Assembly: GCA_038496445.1 (NCBI GenBank)
Contig: JALMLS010000564.1
Location: 434,001 to 498,000, forward strand
Source: Trichosphaerium sp. ATCC 40318
Lineage: Eukaryota > Protista > Tubulinea
Length of the DNA: 64,000 bases
Reading direction: 5' to 3'
The translations under genes and the position numbers were made by a program. The notes under the pieces were generated by a model that did not search any database, was not told the origin of the DNA, and worked only from the letters and a program-made list of their open reading frames with translations. Positions 50,727 through 64,000 of this stretch are shown piece by piece. Position 1 is the stretch's first letter, and each line of letters starts with the position of its first letter.

Positions 50727-51823
50727 TTACGCTACTTTGTATTCAGCGCTAATGCCTAGCTCTTCTATTCCAAAGGTCAATGTTTGCCCTGACGTCACTG
50801 GTGAAACGCCTGCAGGTGTTCCTACTCACTCGTAAACATACACAATCAAAGCGATGCGGTACCTGTTAGTAAAAGATCGCCTTTTTCCAATGTCATAATG
50901 GAGCTGACAAAAGAAATCAACTTGGAAATTGGGAAAATCATATCTGAGGTATTTCCCTTTAAAAAGGTAAGAGGCGCTATCGCCTGACGTGAAGGTACGG
51001 TATGTGACGTACATGTTGTTTTGTTTCACCGTCTACTTTTAGCCAGAGCGTAACATTTTGAGGATCAGGTATCTTCTCTTTCTCTACGAACGGGCCCAAA
51101 GGGCAGAACGTATCGTAACTTTAAAGCCAAAAGTTAAAACAGTCTGAATGTCGGAAAAATTACATCCATAGTTTCCGTACCCTTTCGCTTCCGACCACGG
51201 CTTACCAGCCTTCTTCGCTATTGTTTGAACCTGTACAACGCTCAAAATTATGTTAAATTGCTGATTAGGCAAGCTACCTCACGTGCTGTCATGTCCAGCG
51301 CTACAGTGTATCCTGTAGCACGTTTTAAAAGGGTTTGCTAGTTCAGTGCGTACCTCCAATGTATTCTAGAGCCGAATCCTCTGTGACATGCTTTGCTGTC
51401 TTGCCTTTTTTAAAATTAATGCATGGAAGCGGCTGCTTGGTAAAGATGCACCTATTACAACTCCAAGTTCCACCTACTTTTAGTTAGCGCACGTAAAACG
51501 CTTGATTTATTGTTGACACGTTACCTCGTGATGAAGACTAGTGCACCCCTACGTAAAGGAGCGAGTTAAATTACATGCAAATGTCAAAATGTTATCATTT
51601 TTGATGTTACCTTTGGAATGACTATTTTTTGATTATCCTCTGGGGTTAGATAGCTCGTTGTTGGTTTTAAGAAGAAAAATGGCTTTTTAGGTACAGCGTT
51701 TCCCAGTTCTACACGGTAAGCGTTGTGTTAACACAAAACAAACGAACCTTTAGCGTGGTCTGAATAGTTACGCCCAATCGCCACAATCTTCTTACCAAAA
51801 ACGTTGAATGCCGCTAAACTCAT
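50727..51823 (-). CDS. FAHD1: Acylpyruvase / FAH domain protein 1
   Basis: [75 protein letters not shown]. Confidence 0.9.
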
Positions 51824-52092
51824 CCTTCTCCTATCAGTTTAGTTTTGTACTGACTATAAGTACAGTCGTCAGTATTAAATTTGGAGACAAGTCCGTTGCA
51901 ATGTGTTGCCATTAGCACCTTGTATGCGCGTGGAGATAGCGCAGCGTTTTTGGTTGTAATTTTTCATTGAGAGAAGGCCTTGGATTTTGTTGTTAACGTT
52001 AACAACGCGCAAGTAAACACTTGGTTGTGCGTTGTCAAAAATTTAAACGCTTATCCTGTTAAATTTGCTCATAATATTGCGATAGCGTTGCA

Positions 52093-54537
52093 ATGCTCAA
52101 AAAAAGCTCCAGTGGTGGTATTACAGGCAATAGTACGTTTGTGAAATTCAACGTAGCAAGCCCGTTGTCAAAAACTATACCAGACAGCAATCGACAATGC
52201 GTGTACGTGTACCGACAATGCTTTGCCGTAATTACTGTTAGTGGGCGCAAACGCAAAAGTAGCGCGTTTTCAGGTAGTAACAACCCGTTGATCGCCAATT
52301 ACAGTTCCCCAACAAAGAAACGAGCAGTCATTCGAGAGGTCTCCGTCCCTACCAAGACAGCACAGAAACCACCTTCCAAAGACTTGATTCTTCCATTGGT
52401 AGGCGTTAAAACTGAGTCCAACGAAGCTCTTGACGATGAGCAAGCGAGGAAAAATACAAATGCTGGAATAACCCGTATTCTCAAGGATCATAATCCGCTC
52501 GTTGATTCAACCTCCATCGTACGCTCTTGAGTCTGTAGTATCGCTAACTAAAAGGCAGGCTGTGGCCATTGAACGTGCCATTTATTCCCAATCAAAAACA
52601 CAGCCTGGCTTGACGTACGTCAAATGCGCAGCCAAGGTAATAGAGCTTATCTACGGTCCAACCAGACGCGCTTTGAGAGCGGCAGTGTTGGCAGGAAAGG
52701 TAAAAAATAATAGACCATACTTTCTAACTTAAATTTAAGGCAAGTGCCACCGAACTTGTTGAGGCTGCGGTGCCTCTCAAAGAAATCAAGGAAGAAGACG
52801 ATAAAAAACTACCAGAACCGCTGAAAGCTTTGGAAGAGCATGCAGTCGCAGCGATAGACACTTATTTGCGTACAGTAGAAGATTGTATTGATCAGTTCCA
52901 ATGTATCAAGCGAGAAGTAAATTGGGATGTGGCGTACAAACCCAAACTTGGTATATTTGTACACTTTGTTGGTAAACGAGATGAGTTTGTGGTTAAAGAT
53001 TGGAGCTTACAGTTGAAGTCTCGACCAGTGGTAAGTCGTAAATCGTAATAGTTTCGTTGTATAATAATCAAGTTCTTCAATAGAAAGCTCCTTCGTGGTT
53101 GAAGCCCTTGGAAGATAAAAAGCAAGAAATCGCTCCACCTGCACCTGTCCCTCTTAAATCGCCGAAGATTGAATCACCGCGCACACTGATAATGACATTA
53201 GCCGCCCAGTCTGAGATTGAAGATGTAGAAATGGATACTTCTGATACTGTTGTTGAACACCACATACCACATTTCAACAAGCGCCCTCCCAAACGTACTC
53301 CCAAAGTGACTCAACGACCAAAACCTGTTCCAAAATCAAAACCTAAAACTCGAGCACCTAAGGCGCGAGACAGAACAACAAGGAAGCGTAAAGAGCACTA
53401 CAACAAACCCAAAACTTTTAGAAAGAATCAGCGTATTCGGACTGTTCGTCCACCTAGTGAGCCAACAGGGTACTTTCAACCAGAGAGCCACGGAACATTT
53501 GTTAATACACCACAATCTGTACCTCCTAGAACGTTTACAACGCCACGGGAGCCAGTGCCACAAAACTTTTCACAACCAATATCAAATGCACCTCGACTCC
53601 ATCACAATACATATCAACAACAGCCTGTACAACCGCTGGTTCCTCAACCAAATTTTAGTGCAGAAGAGATTGTAACAATCTTACAAAATCATATTGCTGC
53701 TGTTGTACGTACAGATCCAGTAGCAGCACTGGCAAATGCCATCACATCAGCCAGCCAACTACCTCAGCAAAATACGTATGGTGTATCACCACAACCTCCT
53801 CAAGCCCCGCCAGCATACCGAGCACACCATCCACCACAACCTGTTACAGGACCAGACCATTATGGAGTTTATCAACAGACGAATGTTCCTCAACCTGTGT
53901 TGCAACCTACCCAAATACCTTTTGTTCGAGCGCCTCCTGTCAATGCACTCTCTAGATTGGATAGTCGTGATAAGTACGGATACAGAGGCAGTACAGGCGC
54001 CCGAGCGCAGTGGTCTGGGATGTTAAAATGGTGGAATGAGTACGTTTTTCTATCCTTTTGGTTTTTATGTTTGTTGACCCTACCTTAATTGTTTTATAAG
54101 AAAGAATGGTTCGTGGCAAGTTATTTGTGAGGTCATGAGTCATACGTGTACCCTTCAACTACCTTTTGAACTATTGTGTAATGGTAAAGTAGCGTGAATA
54201 TTATGTTTTAAATCTAATTTGTTTTCATAGCAAGAGTCAGCAATGATGAATTGGTAACCCTTAATCAATTACCCACATTCACTTTAATATGTGGTTCTAA
54301 TGATCCTGTAAACATACAGGAATTTTGCGATTTCTTTGACTTCTTGGGTAGGCAGATTGAAGTTTTTGGTTTAGTTGCATGTCAACTTTTACTAAAATGT
54401 ATTATATAGGTCGTGATAATATTGTAGCTACAACTGAAACTCCAAGTTACAAACTGTATTTTATGCCACAACGTTCGTCAAGAGTAACTGCTTCAACACA
54501 AATAATATGTAGTTACAAAAAGACTGTTCTTGTGTAA
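52093..54537 (+). CDS. TFIIS-central-like + SPOC domain protein (PHF3/Bye1-like architecture)
   Basis: AVAIERAIY...Y...LRAAVLAG....ELV; C-terminal WSGML...FCDFFDFL...KLYFMP; separated by a Pro/Gln-rich linker. Confidence 0.6.
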
Positions 54538-54622
54538 AGAGTGTAAATAAATGAATAAAAAAATTACAATGAAATATTATCTATTGTACATTCGGTTAAT
54601 CATTCAGTCTGGATTTCCTTGG

Positions 54623-56704
54623 TTAGCAACTTATTGACAATGGCGCAGACATTGGTGCATGTTCTATATAGTTATTATTTTTTAAAGCATTGCCTACAGT
54701 TGCTCTTAGACTCATTCCTTTCTTATAATGACGCACCTTTGAAAGTGTGAACCAACGGTTTTGCAGTAGACGATAGATCTGCAGCTAAATCAGGCCTACA
54801 GCGGTTAATTGAACAAACACATATGTTTCCTTAGTACACTAACCTGAAGTGAATTATAGTGGCAATTATACTATCACGATCTCCAGTCCAATTGTACGGT
54901 ATGGGAACAATAGTGATGCCTATTTTGCAAATTCAGAATAACAATGTTAGTTTTGAACATACCAATAGAATCACAAATTTGGGACTTTTCTGCGTCTCTG
55001 GATTGCTGTAAAAGAACAGGTTCAAACCTAGCATACGAAGAGTCGACATAGTGCTGTTCTCCTTGATACTCTAGAGCAATATCAATACCAGAAACAAATA
55101 CATCCAAGATTATTTGTTGTGACTCTGTTGGCATGTACTCCTCGAACACACTGGCGCGTGGAAATATTGTTCTAACGCAAGTTGCCAACTTTCTATTGTT
55201 ACAACAATTAATTATGTGATACTCACAAAATGGTAGTTAAAGAAAATCTGTTGTACCTTTGCATGGCACGTTTATCACGATATAATAAATGTTTGTATTT
55301 CCAATGGTAGTCGGGATATGCTCTCTTTAATACGGAATGCCAATTTGTCAGAAGGCTTGCTCCTCCAAGCAACCTGATATCTCTCTTTGGGTAATACTTA
55401 GACAACGGGTGAGTAAGGTATTGGCACTTACTTGAGCAACCCTATACCAATCAGCGTATGATTGTATTCTAAGTTTTTTTGTTGCACTATTTAGGAAAGC
55501 ACGTGCGTTGGAGAGAACGCTAAAGTTTTGTGCTTTGGCTAAAGACCAATAAGTTCAATGCACAAGACAATCTTGTGGTACTGAATTTCCATGGGATCCA
55601 TTTATAATCTGCATACATATATTTTAAAAACCCTGCCACTGATCTAAATATTCTACGACTACATTAGTATAAACAGTAACGTTGAATTATCATACGTTTG
55701 TATAGATGCACCGACTAGTTGGTTAACTTGTCTTATGCTTATTTTGTACCAGTCTTCTAGAGATGTGATATTCAATTGCTTCTCCAGCTATAGAATGTTT
55801 AACTTAAACAAACGATATTGTAATTACTTTTCGAGTAATAGTCTCTAGGTTGCCAGGCACGATCCAAAAGTTTCTGTGAACACGCTCTATTATGTTACAA
55901 TCGAACTTAGGTGGAGTATGAAGTAGCGTACTAAATTTCCAGGGCTCCCAATCGAAATCAGGATAAAAGTATGACAAGACATTACGTAGGGAATAATCAA
56001 ATGTTCTATTTTGAAAAATTTTAATCTTAGGCTATCAATGCATAACGTACTGCACCAGTGTCCCTCCACCGGCCTTATTCATGTCGGTGACAATAACGTT
56101 ATACCAATCACTCACTTTTCTTATATTCAACCGTGCTTCGAGCTTTAAAACAAAGTGAGTATTGCGTACTCTCTAAACTTTTTTTGGTAGTGTTTTATAA
56201 ATTTTAGTACCATGCGCATGCAAGCAAATTGGTTGCTGAATGATTTGTAAAACTTGTGAGGCTTTTTGCCTAAGTAACGTTGTAAGACAACTGGAAAAAC
56301 TTGGACATTGTGAAAATGTGTCATTTCATTATTGACATTTTGACACGTACGAAATCTCCATATATCCCACTTGTGGTCTGGGTACACGAGTCCCAGGAAC
56401 TGAACTAGAGAGTGATTGCATAATTTCATTGCTGTACCACCTATTTTTACTACATCTTCAGCGATAAATTTGTACCAGTCATCAAGCTCTTTTATGCCGC
56501 GTTCGCGCTCAAACTAACTTGTTTTAATATGCCGCGCGTACACTTGACAAAATGAACCTGTATAGCGATTGAATTTCGGTTATCTGGAAGCGCCCAAAAG
56601 CCTTTAGGGTATCTTGGAACACTTTGGCTTGAGCCAGTAGCTACAAATTTATTTCGGCGTTGAATAGCCCGGTACTTGCTAGTGGACCAAGCTGCAACCT
56701 TCAT
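54623..56704 (-). CDS. Trp-rich ~70-aa repeat protein (4 repeats) with C-terminal PD-(D/E)XK/DUF559-like nuclease domain
   Basis: Repeats PKGFW...DDWYK...GG...SL..FL..VYPDHKWDIWRF; C-terminal ILDVFVSGIDIALEYQGEQHY...QQSRDAEKSQICDSIGITIVPIPYNW. Confidence 0.8.
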
Positions 56705-56873
56705 TCTCACTGTGTCATTGGGTTTTTTTGATTAACCCACCGTACTTCTTTAGAATGCTACACAAGCGTTAATTTGCACTAATTATGTGATTGAGTGGTA
56801 TTTGCGTTGAGTTATTCAATACATTTCAATTTTTGCACGTTTTATTTAAGCTACTTTTTGTAAACTCAACGAC

Positions 56874-58968
56874 ATGACCACAAATGCGCTTGATTACTGG
56901 TCAAAATACCTATGGCCAAACTCTAAGGCGCAGCTTCATCGGTTTTTTGTTGGCAAAGTTGAGAACATCGCTTCCAAGCGTGTAAAGGTACCTTTGGTAG
57001 AGGTTAAGATAAATGAAGCTGTTGCTGCTCTGAAGGAGCTTATTACGTTTGATCTTGAGGAGCATCATCCTGTAGGCTCAATAAACGAGGCCCTTAGATA
57101 CCTCACTGCGCATAGGAGGTACTTTGTTTGAAAATTACGCAACACATGCGCTAATAGTCTCAGCTCCGGTGCAAGCCAATTATTGCACATTATCAAGCAT
57201 GTCGATGACTCTGAGAATTCTGAAAGTGACTCCTTTCTTCTTATGGCGGCGATCTTGATGACAACTGCTCAGCGAAACATGTTATCAGCGGCAATCGAAG
57301 CCATTCCAACCAGTACGCTATAGACACTCTATTACGCACACGTTGACAAGTTGTCAAGTCGAGAGTCACATTGAGTACTGGGAACAGCAACAAGGAATGT
57401 GGCTTTATGTCCAAAAGAGCCCTTGGTACTGGGCAACTATGCTATATAACCACCGCGTTCACAAAAAGCGTGAGTTGCCTTTTTAGTACTTTTCTTTCTC
57501 ACAACTTGCCAGCGTTCGTTAAACTAAGTCAACAACGTGCCACTCACTTGCAACATCTCCGATCCCTCTTACAGGTAACAATAGTCTCTGGACAGTGTCA
57601 AATTCAAGTGTCTAATATAAGTTCAGGCGTTGTACGAGCTCATAGGCAAGGCATCGTATCTGATGGGTCTGTCTGAGTTCCAAACCATCGAGGGTGTTCG
57701 AAAATATCTAACGCAGCTGGTTGATACACACAACGACTTTTTCAATAGCATCCAAGATCTCACTGGAGAAACAATTGAAGAATCCGAAAGCTCTGATTTA
57801 AGAGCAGAAATCACGGTTTTCCTTAACCGCACTATCTCGTTACCCAAAGTACTACGCATAGCTATACGAACACACGGCGCAGGTAGCTATATATCACGTC
57901 ACTGGTACTATGTACCGATTCTCACAGTAGCGTCAGTCCTTACATGCAGGTACATCACTAAGTTTTTGGGCGTGGTCTTATGCTGATTAGGTATATTTTC
58001 GGAAATTGGCAGAGCATCATTGATCAAGGCATTGAGTTGTATCATAATCTGGGACACTTTTATAGATCACAAATAGAAGCACCAATAGTTCAGGTGTTAC
58101 AAATTATAAGGTAATAATCGGTGTCGCGTGTCAGTTGCGCTAACTGTTTTGGTGACAGATATGATAATGAGCACGCAAAGATCATAGGTGAACGTGCTCT
58201 TGAATCCAGCGTCAGTAGCTTAGGGAATATGGTTGTAGACTTTGAAACTGCTGTAGAGCCTGGTATAGGCCCACATCAGCTTCAAATACTCCGTGTTTCG
58301 GCAGAACAAGGTGACCTTGCTGCCATAATGACAGCATATGAATCAGAAATACAAGCTCCTCTTAAAAACGCATTACTCGGCAACTTGATCAGACTTATAT
58401 TGATACAAGTACAGAAACAGGTTGTAGACGTAGAACGTGCCATGCTTCAACTTGATAAATTGCTTGCCTGTACGTTTTTTTACCATCACTTCACTGGTGT
58501 CCTGTTAGCTAACTATCTGCGATAGCGAACGAACTTAACTTTCGTTTCTTGGCGGCCATCCCAGCAATTGGAATTCTGTATGTAATGTACAAATTTGGTC
58601 TTTATGTATCAGCTCCTTCAAAGAGAAAAGGTTCAGCAATGGAGAAACACGTCAAAGGAACATTCCGAGAAATATCGGTTCTTCTCAATTCAATTCAAGC
58701 TACAATTTCAAAAAGTGAGGAAGCAGCGCTCATCAAGGCATTCACTCATGTACGTCAGACAAATGACATGCCGCTGAAAGCAGAAGAATTCGGAAAGCTT
58801 ACAATGCTTGTTCATAAACTCATGAGTTACATTCCTCATTGGCGTGGAGCAGATAAGGAAATGACACATTGGCTATTGGAAGATTTGTCTCAAATTGCAA
58901 ATCCAAAGTTTTTGAGGAAGCAGAAACTTGTAATTTTACAGCGCATACAGACAACGTATTTCCTGTAG
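56874..58968 (+). CDS. NCA2: Nuclear control of ATPase protein 2 (NCA2/DGS1 family)
   Basis: YESEIQAPLKNALLGNLIRLILIQVQKQVVDVERAMLQLDKLL.ANELNF..LAAIPA. Confidence 0.85.
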
Positions 58969-59119
58969 ACAGTGTCACAATAGAGTACACAATTTTTGAA
59001 TACAACATGGCTTATTTATAAATTAAACATTTGGTTTTTTGATGCAGATCTGGCTCGTAAATTCTGGAAGCCTTCTTTTTTTGTTTGAAAATTGTTTTAT
59101 TTGCTGAGATTCTTTTGTT

Positions 59120-63982
<4,863 letters not shown>

Positions 63983-64000
63983 GTTGTCAAGGCGGTTTGA

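Noticed and set aside
42506-51823. FAHD2, transaldolase and FAHD1 as a metabolic gene cluster
   Set aside because: Unrelated genes intervene and both FAH paralogs are widespread; proximity is plausibly chance

Overview
AT-rich, very gene-dense eukaryotic nuclear DNA with about 30 protein-coding genes, most broken by many tiny (mostly about 35-90 nt) spliceosomal introns. Most short ORFs in the supplied track are therefore exon fragments or antisense shadows. A CudA-family transcription factor points to Amoebozoa (inference). Recognisable housekeeping genes: V-ATPase subunit e, TMEM147, ABCD transporter, SAP30-like, RasGEF, VPS50, Rab32-like GTPase, two FAH-family genes, transaldolase, NCA2 and TBCD. 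The first 16 kb is an accessory-looking zone of cullin-adaptor genes (F-box-MORN, F-box-LRR, UBC/F-box fusion, BTB proteins) plus two intronless genes. The most notable signals are: (1) two paralogous proteins built from ~70-aa Trp-rich repeats, one ending in a PD-(D/E)XK-type nuclease domain and one stopping right before it, both with mitochondrial-presequence-like N-termini; (2) two U12-like introns in VPS50 sharing the variant donor GTATCCTACCTT; (3) an intronless non-RD kinase next to an RVxF-motif protein; (4) a 165-bp nested stem-loop element. Gene models were spliced by eye, so some termini are approximate. No rRNA, tRNA, CRISPR array or transposase was recognised.
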